The position numbers and the translations under genes were made by a program. The notes under the pieces are model-generated. The model had not been told where the DNA came from. It was given only the letters and a program-made list of their open reading frames with translations, and did not search any database. This document shows, piece after piece, positions 1 through 9,141 of a stretch of DNA of 24,000 bases; the first letter of the stretch is position 1; each line of letters starts with the position of its first letter. Source of the DNA: Pseudomonadales bacterium (GTDB lineage: Bacteria > Pseudomonadota > Gammaproteobacteria > Pseudomonadales > Pseudohongiellaceae); contig JACKOK010000005.1 of the NCBI GenBank assembly GCA_024234365.1, positions 79,219 through 103,218 on the forward strand. The letters are read 5' to 3'.

Positions 1-492
1 GCCCCCACGGACGAAGAACTGGCCCATCATTACCTGTGGCGCTTCTGGCGCCATGTGCCGCGTGCGGGCTATGTCACGGTTTATGACCGCTCCTGGTATG
101 GCCGCGTGTTGGTGGAGCGCGTGGAGGGCTTCAGCCAACCCCAGGAGTGGGAGCGCGCCTATCCCGAGATCAATGCCTTTGAGGAGCAATTGACGGCGCA
201 CGGCATCGTGCTGCTCAAGTTCTGGCTGCACATCAGCCCCGAGGAGCAGTTGCGCCGTTTTCGTCAGCGGGAGGAGCTGGCGTGGAAGCAATACAAGATT
301 ACCGATGAGGACTGGCGCAACCGCGAAAAATGGCAGGCCTACGAGCAGGCGGTGCACGAGATGGTGGCACGGACCAGCACCCAGAATGCCCCCTGGCGGC
401 TGGTGCCTGCCGTGGACAAGAAGTTCGCCCGCTTAAGTGTGCTGCGCCAGGTCTGCGAGGCGCTGGAAGCGGTGCTGGCCTCGCCCTCCTGA
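1..492 (+). CDS. Polyphosphate kinase 2 (PPK2) family protein, C-terminal part; the 5' end lies outside the window
   Basis: Frame 1 is open from base 1 (APTDEELAHHYLWRFWRHVPRAGYVTVYDRSWYGRVLVERVEGF...). Stop TGA is at 490-492. The motifs HYLWRFWxxxPxxG, DRSWYGRV and the LKFWLHISxEEQxxRF segment are as I remember the PPK2 family. Confidence 0.8.
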   Translation, partial: APTDEELAHHYLWRFWRHVPRAGYVTVYDRSWYGRVLVERVEGFSQPQEWERAYPEINAFEEQLTAHGIVLLKFWLHISPEEQLRRFRQREELAWKQYKITDEDWRNREKWQAYEQAVHEMVARTSTQNAPWRLVPAVDKKFARLSVLRQVCEALEAVLASPS

Positions 493-589
493 ACCCACCG
501 GCAAGGGGCACTTGCGTGGGCCCCCGCTTTGCTGCACATTCGGGCTGTTCTGTTTCCCGTATATTGATTCCAGATCAGGAGAACTTCGC

Positions 590-3511
590 ATGTTTGCTGT
601 TGACCTGTCTTTGCTGCTCTCACGTTTCCCGTCTCGCTGGCTTGCCCTGTTCGTGCTGTTCGTGTTGAGCACCGGTCAGGGGCAGGCACAGGAACGCGAA
701 CTCGTGGAGGCGACTCTGAGCGAGGGCACCAATATGGCTGCGGCCATATCACCGGACGGCGAGACCCTGGTGCTGGCCCTGCAGGGCGTGTTGTGGACGG
801 TGCCCGCCAGCGGAGGGGAGGCGCTTCCCCTCACGCCGCCGGAAATGGACGCACAGGAACCGGTGTGGTCACCCGATGGCTCGCGCATCAGTTTTTATTC
901 CTTTGTGGGGGATGCTTTTTCGGTCTGGACGGTGGAGCCGGACGGTGACAATCTGGAGCGGATCGAAAACGGGCAGGGGGCCGATGCACGTTACCCTGCC
1001 TTCACCTACGACAGCCGCCAGATTCTGTATTCCAGCGACCAGAACGGTGGCTATGCGGTCTGGATGACGGACCTGCGCAGTGGTGAGCGGCGGCCCTTGA
1101 CCAGTGCGCAGGAAACCGGCTATCTGCCACCGACGACCCCGTATTTTTCCGGTGACGGCAATGCGGTTTACCCGACACTTTCCCCCGATGGCAACAACCT
1201 GGCCTTCGTGATCGACGGAGCGGAAAGCCGTCTTGTGGTGCGGGAGCTCTACGGTCGTGGTCTGCGTGAACTTTATCGTGCGCCCCTGCTTGGTGCGCCG
1301 CTGTGGTCGCCCGATGGCAACGGGCTCTATATCGTCGGCATGGACGGCAATGACACGTATCTGGCGCTGGTGCCGATGGATGGCTTGGGCGAAACCATCC
1401 TGGTCGAGGGCGGCGATATCTTCCCCTTCCGCCCCAGCATGGGGCCGGATGGCACGCTTTATTACACGGCGGATGGACAAGTGAAAACCCTGAGCCCGGC
1501 AGGGGAACCCGGTGCGGCAGTGCCCTTTACGGCGCGGGTGACACTGGATCGCACCCCTTATGAGCGGCGCTCGTATGATTTTCGTGAGCAGACGCCACGC
1601 AAGGCCCTGGGCATCATCGACCCGGTGCTGTCGCCCGATGGCAGCCAGGCGGTGTTTGCCGCGCTGGGAGACCTGTGGCTGGCGGATCTGGACAACGGTG
1701 AGCCGCGCCAGCTTACGGACGATGTTTATATTGATCTGTCGCCAAGCTGGTCCCCGGACGGGCAGCAGCTTGCCTGGGTGTCTGACCGTGATGGCAAGTC
1801 GGATATCTGGGTCATGCAACTGAGTGATGGCCGTGCCACCCGCCTGACGGATCTGGACAAGGCCCCCAGCTCACCGGTCTGGGGGCCGCAGGGCCAGCGT
1901 ATCGCCTATCTGCGCGATGTGGGCAACAGCGTGTTTATCTCGTCCACGGTCAATGTCATCGATGTGGCCTCGGGGGCGGACACGGCCATTTCGGAGGCGA
2001 TGTTTGGGCCCAGTGCTCCCGCGTGGTCGCCCGATGGCAGCAAGGTAGCGGTGTACTACCGTGACCCGGGCAACAGCCGTTTCCGCGAAGGGCATAACGT
2101 GCTGTATGTGTTGCCTGCCAGTGGCGAGGGCGAGAAGTTCTTTGTCAGCCCCGTGCCGGGCAAGTCTCTGGGGCGGCGGCAGCACAATCGTCCCGCCTGG
2201 TCGCCGGCAGGGGACATGGTCTATCGCATCGACGGGGAACTGTGGACGGTGCCCATGCAGGCCGATGGCACACTGGGCGATGCCCGCCGCATTGCGGCAG
2301 CGGGGGAGAACCCGAGCTGGTCTGCCGATGCCTCACGGCTGATCTATGTGGATGGCGACACCATCAAGCTGTACGAAAAGCGCCGCCGCCGCACGCGTGA
2401 GCTTGCCATCCAGCCGCAGTGGGTACAGGCGCTGCCGCAGAATGCGCTGACCATTCGTGCCGGGCGTCTGTTTGATGGCGTGAACGATGGTACGACTTCC
2501 GGCGTGGATATCGTGGTGCAGAACGGGGTGATTACCGATGTGCGGCAGGCGGGGTTCAGCCAGGTGGTTGGTACCCTGATCGATGCCTCCGACAAGTTTG
2601 TGATGCCGGGGCTGATCGAGAGCCACACCCACCAGTCCACCACTCTGGGCATCATGCTGGGCGACCACTACCTCTGCCATGCCATCACCACCGTGCGGGA
2701 AACGGGAGATGACCCGTATCATGCCGTTGAGCGCCGTGAGGCGGAGGCCTCCGGGCGCCGCCCCGGCCCCCGTGTGTTTACGGCCGGGCCATTGAACGAA
2801 GGCTCACGTGTCTCCTATGGCGTGTCGGAAACCGTGCAAAGCCCGCAGCGGGTGGCCGAATCCATGCGGCTTTCCAGTGCCCTGCAACTGGATATGTACA
2901 AAAGCTATGTGCGTCAGGATTACACGGCACAGCAGCGGGCGATCGAGCTGGCTCACGAGAGTGGAATTCCGGTGTCCTCGCACGAACTCTATCCTGCCGT
3001 GGCCAATGGCATCGATCAGATGGAACATCTCGCCGCCACTTCCCGCCGGGGCTACTCGCTGAAAGAGAGCCGTTTGAATATCGCCTATCAGGATGTGATA
3101 GAGCTGACGACCAAGTCCCGGGTGATCATTACGCCGACCATGTCGCTGAGCGAGCGTAGCTCCAATCTGGAGGCACAGAAGGCAACGCTGCTGAAGATCA
3201 TCAACGGCGGTGGCCGCATTGTAGCCGGCACGGATTCACCCTTCGTGGCCTTTGCCGATTCCCTGCACCGCGAACTCGAAATTTATGTCGAGGCCGGGCT
3301 CAGCACGTCCCAGGCTCTGCGCTCCGCCACCTCCGATGCGGCGAATGCCCTGGGTGCAGGCAATCAACTGGGACGTGTGGCACCTGGCTATATGGCCGAC
3401 CTGGTGATTCTCGATGGCAATGCCATCAACGATATTCAGCAGATCCGCCGGGTCAACACCGTGATCAAGAACGGCAGCGTGGCCTGCGTCAACCCGGTTG
3501 CGGCGCCTTGA
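590..3511 (+). CDS. Secreted TolB-like (PD40) beta-propeller / amidohydrolase-superfamily fusion protein (973 aa)
   Basis: Taken from ORF 437..3511. The start was moved to ATG 590, which has AGGAG at 577-581 (8-nt spacer) and is followed by a signal-peptide-like N-terminus (MFAVDLSLLLSRFPSRWLALFVLFVLSTGQGQA|QE). The N-terminal ~600 aa contain many SPDG/WSPDG blade motifs. The C-terminal ~350 aa carry PGLIESHTH (HxH), AGTDSP and PGYMADLVILD, typical of metal-dependent amidohydrolases. Confidence 0.8.
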   Translation: MFAVDLSLLLSRFPSRWLALFVLFVLSTGQGQAQERELVEATLSEGTNMAAAISPDGETLVLALQGVLWTVPASGGEALPLTPPEMDAQEPVWSPDGSRISFYSFVGDAFSVWTVEPDGDNLERIENGQGADARYPAFTYDSRQILYSSDQNGGYAVWMTDLRSGERRPLTSAQETGYLPPTTPYFSGDGNAVYPTLSPDGNNLAFVIDGAESRLVVRELYGRGLRELYRAPLLGAPLWSPDGNGLYIVGMDGNDTYLALVPMDGLGETILVEGGDIFPFRPSMGPDGTLYYTADGQVKTLSPAGEPGAAVPFTARVTLDRTPYERRSYDFREQTPRKALGIIDPVLSPDGSQAVFAALGDLWLADLDNGEPRQLTDDVYIDLSPSWSPDGQQLAWVSDRDGKSDIWVMQLSDGRATRLTDLDKAPSSPVWGPQGQRIAYLRDVGNSVFISSTVNVIDVASGADTAISEAMFGPSAPAWSPDGSKVAVYYRDPGNSRFREGHNVLYVLPASGEGEKFFVSPVPGKSLGRRQHNRPAWSPAGDMVYRIDGELWTVPMQADGTLGDARRIAAAGENPSWSADASRLIYVDGDTIKLYEKRRRRTRELAIQPQWVQALPQNALTIRAGRLFDGVNDGTTSGVDIVVQNGVITDVRQAGFSQVVGTLIDASDKFVMPGLIESHTHQSTTLGIMLGDHYLCHAITTVRETGDDPYHAVERREAEASGRRPGPRVFTAGPLNEGSRVSYGVSETVQSPQRVAESMRLSSALQLDMYKSYVRQDYTAQQRAIELAHESGIPVSSHELYPAVANGIDQMEHLAATSRRGYSLKESRLNIAYQDVIELTTKSRVIITPTMSLSERSSNLEAQKATLLKIINGGGRIVAGTDSPFVAFADSLHRELEIYVEAGLSTSQALRSATSDAANALGAGNQLGRVAPGYMADLVILDGNAINDIQQIRRVNTVIKNGSVACVNPVAAP

Positions 3512-4876
3512 TCAGAAAGCGCCTGCCGGCCCGGGAAAGACCACCGGGCTCTGCAGGCCATCTTCCGAGACGCTGGAGACGCCAAAGAAATAATTGTCGA
3601 TAACCACGTTCTCCAGCGTGAAACTGTCCACATTGCCCACGCTGCGCGAGTGTGTCCACTGTGCGTCCGTGGTCAAACGCCAGTGCACCCGATAGGCAGC
3701 GGCACCTGGCACTTTCTGCCAACTCAGTGTGGTGTCGGGGCTTACTTGACCACGAATGCTGACCTGGGTGGGCGGTGCGGGAGCCCAGGCCATGGAGGCG
3801 AGGGTAACGGCATTGAGCGCCGTCAACTTTGCCGCATAGTCGAAGTCCACATGTTCGATGACATCGCCATAGGCAATTCCGTTTTCCACCCGCACGTCCT
3901 GATGCTGCCAGTGATAGTTCTCATTGGTCTCCATGATGCGTACCGCCGGCAACCCCACCTCATTGAAAGGGCGGTGGTGCCCACCGCGACCAAAGCGATC
4001 AAGGCGGTAGACCATCATCACATCGAGATTGGGGACGTAGAGATCCGCCATGGTGTCGATATAGCGTGCGAGATTGCGCGATGCCGAATCCAGTTCGCCG
4101 CCCTGAAAGCGCCGCTGTGTGGCCTCATCCTGCGTCTCCACATACCGGGTGCCTTCGGAGAACACGCGGGCGGTGCTGTTGTTCACCACGCCGTTGATGC
4201 CGCGGATATTGCCGATCATGTCGTTATTGACGACCGCCTGCAGATGCCAGCCCTGGGCCAACGCGTGGCGGGCCAGAATCTCGCCGCCATTGAGCCCCTG
4301 CTCCTCGCCGGAGAGACCGACATAGAGGATGGAACCGGGAAAGCGGTACTGCGACAGAACGCGGGCCGTTTCCAGCACTCCGGCCATGCCTGAGGCATTG
4401 TCGTTGGCGCCGGGGGAATCGCTGGTGAAATCCATCGGGTCGCTGACGCGGTTGTCGATGTCGCCGCTCATCATGACAAAACGATTGCTGTCCCGCGTGC
4501 CGCGCTGAATGGCGATGACGTTGACCACTTCCACTGGGTTGGGAATGCGGCTGGTGCCGGAGACCGTGTCGCTGACATACATCACCTCCAGGCATCCGCC
4601 GCAGGCACGGGATATGCGCTCGAACTCCGCGTGAACCCAGCGTCTTGCGGCACCGATGCCGCGCGTGTCGGACTCTGTCTCCGAGAGGGTGTGCCGGGTA
4701 CCGAAGTTCACCAGAGTTTCGATATCGCTCTGTATGCGTGCGGCAGAGGGGCTGATGCCGATGGTGTAGAGGGCTTGTTCGTCTGCCAGGCCGACACTGC
4801 TCAGCGTGGTCAAGACAAGGGTGGCGACAAGGGTCTTCGGAAGTCGTAAACGCTGGGCGTATGCAGTTCTGTTCAT
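3512..4876 (-). CDS. Secreted M28-family metallopeptidase (aminopeptidase-like) with a C-terminal fibronectin-III-like domain
   Basis: Taken from ORF 3512..4924. The start was moved to ATG 4876 (MNRTAYAQRLRLPKTLVATLVLTTLSSVGLA, signal-like). M28 marks are GANDNASGMAGVLE, LSGEEQGLNGG and VVNNDMIG. The C-terminal ~90 aa (VSPDTTLSWQKVPGAAAYRVHWR...) look FN3-like. The stop codon directly abuts the stop of the convergent gene. Confidence 0.75.
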   Translation of the reverse strand: MNRTAYAQRLRLPKTLVATLVLTTLSSVGLADEQALYTIGISPSAARIQSDIETLVNFGTRHTLSETESDTRGIGAARRWVHAEFERISRACGGCLEVMYVSDTVSGTSRIPNPVEVVNVIAIQRGTRDSNRFVMMSGDIDNRVSDPMDFTSDSPGANDNASGMAGVLETARVLSQYRFPGSILYVGLSGEEQGLNGGEILARHALAQGWHLQAVVNNDMIGNIRGINGVVNNSTARVFSEGTRYVETQDEATQRRFQGGELDSASRNLARYIDTMADLYVPNLDVMMVYRLDRFGRGGHHRPFNEVGLPAVRIMETNENYHWQHQDVRVENGIAYGDVIEHVDFDYAAKLTALNAVTLASMAWAPAPPTQVSIRGQVSPDTTLSWQKVPGAAAYRVHWRLTTDAQWTHSRSVGNVDSFTLENVVIDNYFFGVSSVSEDGLQSPVVFPGPAGAF

Positions 4877-4980
4877 GAAGGAGGCTCCGCGCCTGTGGCT
4901 GTGAAGGGGATGACAATGCGCCAACGTCCCCAGAGTACACAGGTGAGATCCGTTCTGGAATGCCTGGCGGAATATTGTGT

Positions 4981-6042
4981 TCAGTTCCCCATCATGGGAG
5001 ATGCCGAGTTGAGGAGTGCATAGCCCCGGTTCAGCATCATCAATCCCATGAACATGACCAGTACGGCAGACACACGGATCAATTGTCGAATGGATTCCTG
5101 TGACAGATAGCTGGCGAAAAAGCCGAAGCCGATCAACGGCGGCAGGGTGCCAAGCCCGAAACTGGCCAGCATCAGGGCGCCGGTGAGTGGTTCGCCGGTT
5201 CCTGCGGCCATGATGTACATGGCCTGCAAGGGGCCGCAGCCCAGCAGAAGTCCGTTCAGAAGGCCGGTAACGAATGGCGTGCGCGGATGTGACAGGGATG
5301 CCATGACCTTTCTGGTCATGGCCTTGGGAAAGCGCAGGGTCAGAAGACGCAACTCGGGGATCAGGTGCAACATCTTCAGGCCAAACAGGAGCAGAAAGAC
5401 ACCCGCAATCAGGGCTGCCCAGCCACGCATGAGTGGCGTGACTGCAATCAGCGCGCCTGCCGCCCCGAACAGGGCACCGATCGTGGCATAGGAAAGGGTC
5501 TTGCCACTGCCGTACGCAGCATGCGCGATGGCGGCGTCTCCCAGGCTATTGGTTCTCTGTGCGTAGTTGACCACGAAACTGCCGCACATGCCGATGCAGT
5601 GAAATCCTGTCAGGAAGCCGATGAGCAGCAGGGCGGCGTAGCTCACACCGGAGTTGATCTGCATCATGACGCCGGGCATCAGACTGCGCCCCCATTGCAC
5701 GATGCCTCCGATACTGACAAGCAGCGCCAGGAACAACAGTACATTGCGGATACGATGGTCTGATTTTTTCCCCGCAACTGCAGTCGCTACCGATTGCTTG
5801 CTCACGTCAATGTCGGTCAGTGCCGCTTGTCCGGGCACCTCGTAGCCCAGGTTTTCGATGGCCTTCGCGATGAAGGAGGGGGATGTTCTGGCGGGATCAT
5901 ACAAGAGCGTTACGCGATGTTCGGTATGGCTGGCGTGTACCTCGCGGATGCCCTCACTCGTTTCCAGTGCGTTTTCAATGGCACTTTCACAGCCGCCGCA
6001 GACCATGCCGTTGACTTGCAACTGCAGAGATTTTTCCTTCAT
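4981..6042 (-). CDS. Heavy-metal-associated (HMA) domain fused to a polytopic membrane domain (DsbD_2 / TauE-SafE-like, HCxxMCG motif)
   Basis: Taken from ORF 4981..6183. The likely start is ATG 6042 (MKEKSLQLQVNGMVCGGCESAIENAL..., a classic GMxCxxC HMA fold start); ATG 6054 is an alternative. After ~110 aa come about six hydrophobic segments, including GFLTGFHCIGMCGSF. The function (metal export, import or handling) cannot be determined from sequence. Confidence 0.7.
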   Translation of the reverse strand: MKEKSLQLQVNGMVCGGCESAIENALETSEGIREVHASHTEHRVTLLYDPARTSPSFIAKAIENLGYEVPGQAALTDIDVSKQSVATAVAGKKSDHRIRNVLLFLALLVSIGGIVQWGRSLMPGVMMQINSGVSYAALLLIGFLTGFHCIGMCGSFVVNYAQRTNSLGDAAIAHAAYGSGKTLSYATIGALFGAAGALIAVTPLMRGWAALIAGVFLLLFGLKMLHLIPELRLLTLRFPKAMTRKVMASLSHPRTPFVTGLLNGLLLGCGPLQAMYIMAAGTGEPLTGALMLASFGLGTLPPLIGFGFFASYLSQESIRQLIRVSAVLVMFMGLMMLNRGYALLNSASPMMGN

Positions 6043-6198
6043 GGAGTCCCCCATTTCTCCGACTCGCCCATCGGGCCGCAGGGGCCGGATTCGGCACTTT
6101 CTTGATGCAACGCATGGAATGTCGGGTGATTCCGTGCCACGATGCAGGCGTGTGACCTTGAGCCACACATCATTCACATTCATCAGGAGGATAAGAAG

Positions 6199-6339
6199 AT
6201 GTCCAGAGAGACTGGAGACCGTTATCGCTGTGATTCATGCAAGGCCGAGCTTGTGTATGTGAAGGGCTGTCCGTGCCCGAGCACCATGCCACACTCCGAA
6301 ACCTGCTGCGGCAAGCAGATGACCAAGGTGACGGAGTAA
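6199..6339 (+). CDS. 46-aa Cys-rich protein, desulforedoxin-like (CxxC ... CC) with an extra CPC insertion
   Basis: ATG 6199 is preceded by AGGAGG (6185-6190, 8-nt spacer). The sequence is MSRETGDRYRCDSCKAELVYVKGCPCPSTMPHSETCCGKQMTKVTE. YxCxxC...CCGxxM matches my memory of the desulforedoxin / Dfx N-terminal FeS4 motif. The gene is divergent from the HMA membrane-protein gene. Confidence 0.6.
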   Translation: MSRETGDRYRCDSCKAELVYVKGCPCPSTMPHSETCCGKQMTKVTE

Positions 6340-6347
6340 TTCAGAGC

Positions 6348-6381
6348 GGGGCAGTGGGCCGGTCAAAGCACACACTGCCCC
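6348..6381 (+). terminator. Terminator-like hairpin downstream of the 46-aa gene, with no U-tract
   Basis: GGGGCAGTG (6348-6356) pairs perfectly with CACTGCCCC (6373-6381) around a 16-nt loop, starting 9 nt after the TAA stop. No T-run follows, so intrinsic-terminator function is uncertain. Confidence 0.3.
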
Positions 6382-6767
6382 GGAAGTCGGGGTTCCAGCG
6401 CAGCGGAGTTACCCGAACTTCCCTTGCAAGGTAACCGTGCATACCTTCACGGGCAACGCGACAAGATGTCGCATTCCGCCTGTTCGGCTTTCCCTCCAGC
6501 GCCCTGAGGCGCCCGTATGGATTCTCCTGCTTTCCGTTCCGCAGGCCTTCTGTCTTTTTCCTGTCTTGTCAAAATCAGCCATGTCAGAGTCAAATTTGAC
6601 AAAGATGAGGCGTTTGCCGTCATTCGCGCTATGCTGGTGTCCCTGGAAACCCGGGAAATTCCGCCCTGATACGGAGGCAGGGAAGTGCGGCACAGGGTTT
6701 GCTAGGAGCATGGCGACAGACGATTGAGCGATTCATCGGCCCGCGAGACCTGGGGAAGGACACCAAG

Positions 6768-8147
6768 ATGCCATTCGATCCATTTGTGCTGGCGCGCATT
6801 CAGTTTGCGGCCAATATCAGTTTTCACATTCTCTTTCCTACGCTCTCGATCGGCCTGTGCTGGATTCTGCTGTACTTCCGCACACGCTTTACGCTGAGTG
6901 GTGACAAGGACTGGGAGTACGCCTATTTCTTCTGGGTGAAGATCTTTGCCCTGACCTTCGCCCTGGGCGTGGTCAGTGGCATCACCATGAGTTTTCAGTT
7001 CGGCACCAATTGGCCGGGCTTCATGGAACGTGCGGGCAATATCGCAGGCCCGCTTCTGGGCTATGAGGTGCTGACCGCCTTCTTTCTGGAGGCCTCCTTC
7101 CTCGGCATCATGCTGTTCGGCAAGGATCGCGTGTCCAACCGGGTGCATCTGCTGGCTGCTACCCTGGTGGCAGTGGGCACCACCTTCTCGGCGTTCTGGA
7201 TTCTGAGCCTGAACTCGTGGATGCAGACGCCCACCGGGTACACCATGAACGAGGGGGTGATGATGGTGCAGGACTGGTGGGCCATCATCTTCAACCCGTC
7301 CTTTCCCTACCGCTTTGCACACATGCTGGTGGCCTCGCTGCTGACCAGCGCCTTCTTCGTGGCGGGCATCAGCGCCTGGCGCGTGCGTGACCGGCTGGAT
7401 GGCCCGGCGACGCGCAAGGTGCTTCGCACCGGTATTCTGATGGCAGCGGTACTGGCGCCGCTGCAGATATTTCTGGGTGACCTGCACGGGCTGAACACGC
7501 TGGAGCATCAACCGGCGAAGCTAGCCGCGATCGAAGGCATTTGGGAGACCCATTCCGGCGTCGGGCTGACCCTGTTCGGTTTCCCCGACGAGGAGGAGAG
7601 AACCACACACATGAAGGTGGAGATTCCGAAGGCGGCCAGCGTCATTCTGACACACTCCCTGAATGGCGAAATTCAGGGCCTGAACGAGTTTGAGGGGGAA
7701 CACCCGCCGGTGGCGATTGTGTTCTGGTCCTTCCGCATCATGGTGGGCGTAGGCATGCTGATGCTGCTGGTGGCCTGGTATGCGGCATGGCAGTGGTGGC
7801 AGAGAAGGGAGGAGAATCCCCTGTTGCTGACACTGCTCTCGCTGATGACCTATTCCGGCTGGGTGGCGGTGCTGGCGGGCTGGTATGTGACCGAGATCGG
7901 GCGGCAGCCCTGGATCGTCTACGGAGTTCTGACCTCCCAGGAGGTAGTGGCAGAGCACGGCTCGGGAATGCTGCTGAGCACCCTGATTGCCTATCTGCTT
8001 CTCTATGGATTCCTGCTGGTTTCCTATCTCATGACCCTGCGCTACCTCGCTTCCAAACCTGCGCGTTCCCTGTTGACGCTGCAACAAAAGGCGCAGGAGG
8101 CTCAGACCACACTGGGTTCACTGCACACGCCACAGGAGGGACTCTGA
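6768..8147 (+). CDS. cydA: Cytochrome bd-type ubiquinol oxidase subunit I (short Q-loop, CIO-like)
   Basis: Taken from ORF 6699..8147. The start was moved to ATG 6768 (GGAAGGA upstream; MPFDPFVLARIQFAANISFHILFPTLSIGL). Conserved CydA stretches are GYEVLTAFFLEASFLGIMLFG, WMQTPTGY, RFAHMLVAS and EIGRQPWIVYG. At 459 aa it is shorter than E. coli CydA (~520 aa), consistent with the cyanide-insensitive (CioA) subgroup. Confidence 0.9.
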   Translation: MPFDPFVLARIQFAANISFHILFPTLSIGLCWILLYFRTRFTLSGDKDWEYAYFFWVKIFALTFALGVVSGITMSFQFGTNWPGFMERAGNIAGPLLGYEVLTAFFLEASFLGIMLFGKDRVSNRVHLLAATLVAVGTTFSAFWILSLNSWMQTPTGYTMNEGVMMVQDWWAIIFNPSFPYRFAHMLVASLLTSAFFVAGISAWRVRDRLDGPATRKVLRTGILMAAVLAPLQIFLGDLHGLNTLEHQPAKLAAIEGIWETHSGVGLTLFGFPDEEERTTHMKVEIPKAASVILTHSLNGEIQGLNEFEGEHPPVAIVFWSFRIMVGVGMLMLLVAWYAAWQWWQRREENPLLLTLLSLMTYSGWVAVLAGWYVTEIGRQPWIVYGVLTSQEVVAEHGSGMLLSTLIAYLLLYGFLLVSYLMTLRYLASKPARSLLTLQQKAQEAQTTLGSLHTPQEGL

Positions 8148-8148
8148 C

Positions 8149-9141
8149 ATGGCTGACTGGTTACCACTGTTTTTCCTCGGCATCATGGGCCTGGCGCTGC
8201 TCGTCTATATCATTCTGGACGGCTACGATCTGGGCATCGGCATCTTGCTCTCGCGGGCGGAGGAGGACGAGAAGGACCAGATGATCGCGTCCATCGGTCC
8301 GTTCTGGGATGCCAACGAGACCTGGATTGTGCTGGGCGTGGGGGTACTGCTGATTGCCTTTCCCGCCGCTTACGGGCTGGTGCTGACCGAGCTGTATCTG
8401 CCCGCGACGCTGATGCTGATGGGGCTGATTCTGCGCGGAGTATCTTTCGACTTCCGCGCCAAGGCAAAGACGCAGTACAAGCAGCGCTGGAACCGGCTGT
8501 TTGCGCTGGGGTCTTTGCTCGCAGCCACGTCCCAGGGCTGGATGCTGGGGGCCTATGTGGTGGGGCTGGAGCACAGTGCCGTCGGCATGGCGTTCTCCGC
8601 CGGGATTGCAGTCACGCTGCCCGCGCTCTACATCATGCTGGGCTGTGGCTGGCTGATCATGAAGGCCGACGGCAGCCTCTATGAGAAGGCGATTGCCGGG
8701 GCGCGCTGGACAGTGTTGCCCATGGGCATCGGCATCTTCCTGCTCTCCATCGCTACACCGATCGTCAGCGAGGTGATTGCCGCCAAGTGGTTTACGCTGC
8801 CTGCCGCCATCGGACTGTTGCCCATTCCCATCAGTACCTCGCTGGCCTACGCCGCCATCGTCTGGGTGTTATGGCAGCGGCGCATACTGGATGCCGGTTT
8901 CGGTTGGCTGGTGTTCGTGTGCCTGATCGTGATCTGCCTGATGTCGGCGCTGGGGCTTGCCTACAGTATTTACCCCGACATCGTGATCAACCGCATGACC
9001 ATCTGGGATACGGCCTCGTCGCCGGAATCTCTGCGTTTCACCTTCTACGGAGTTGCCCTGACGGTACCGATGATTCTGGTGTATACCGTGTTCATTTACC
9101 GCATCTTCTCCGGCAAGGCGACGAAGCTGAGCTATGAATAG
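8149..9141 (+). CDS. cydB: Cytochrome bd-type ubiquinol oxidase subunit II
   Basis: The ATG is 1 nt after the cydA stop. The N-terminus LALLVYIILDGYDLGIGIL and GPFWDANETWIVLGVG are typical CydB signatures. The protein is polytopic and 330 aa long. Confidence 0.9.
   Translation: MADWLPLFFLGIMGLALLVYIILDGYDLGIGILLSRAEEDEKDQMIASIGPFWDANETWIVLGVGVLLIAFPAAYGLVLTELYLPATLMLMGLILRGVSFDFRAKAKTQYKQRWNRLFALGSLLAATSQGWMLGAYVVGLEHSAVGMAFSAGIAVTLPALYIMLGCGWLIMKADGSLYEKAIAGARWTVLPMGIGIFLLSIATPIVSEVIAAKWFTLPAAIGLLPIPISTSLAYAAIVWVLWQRRILDAGFGWLVFVCLIVICLMSALGLAYSIYPDIVINRMTIWDTASSPESLRFTFYGVALTVPMILVYTVFIYRIFSGKATKLSYE

Noticed and set aside
437-589. 51-codon N-terminal extension of the propeller/amidohydrolase ORF (ATG 437).
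   Set aside because: It overlaps the 3' end of the PPK2 gene, encodes an Arg/Cys/Pro-rich non-protein-like sequence and has no RBS. ATG 590 has AGGAG and starts a clean signal peptide.
869-1819. 316-aa antisense ORF inside the propeller gene. Similar long shadow ORFs occur elsewhere, for example 3650..4393, 4224..4940, 6702..7511, 7521..8087, 12433..13056, 16797..17411 and 17436..18317.
   Set aside because: These are typical high-GC shadow ORFs opposite well-supported genes. Their translations are Arg/Pro/Gly/His-rich, without motifs or RBSs.
6566-6579. Possible ANR/FNR box TTGTCAAAATCAGC upstream of cydA.
   Set aside because: Only the left half resembles TTGAT. The right half (TCAGC against ATCAA) is poor.
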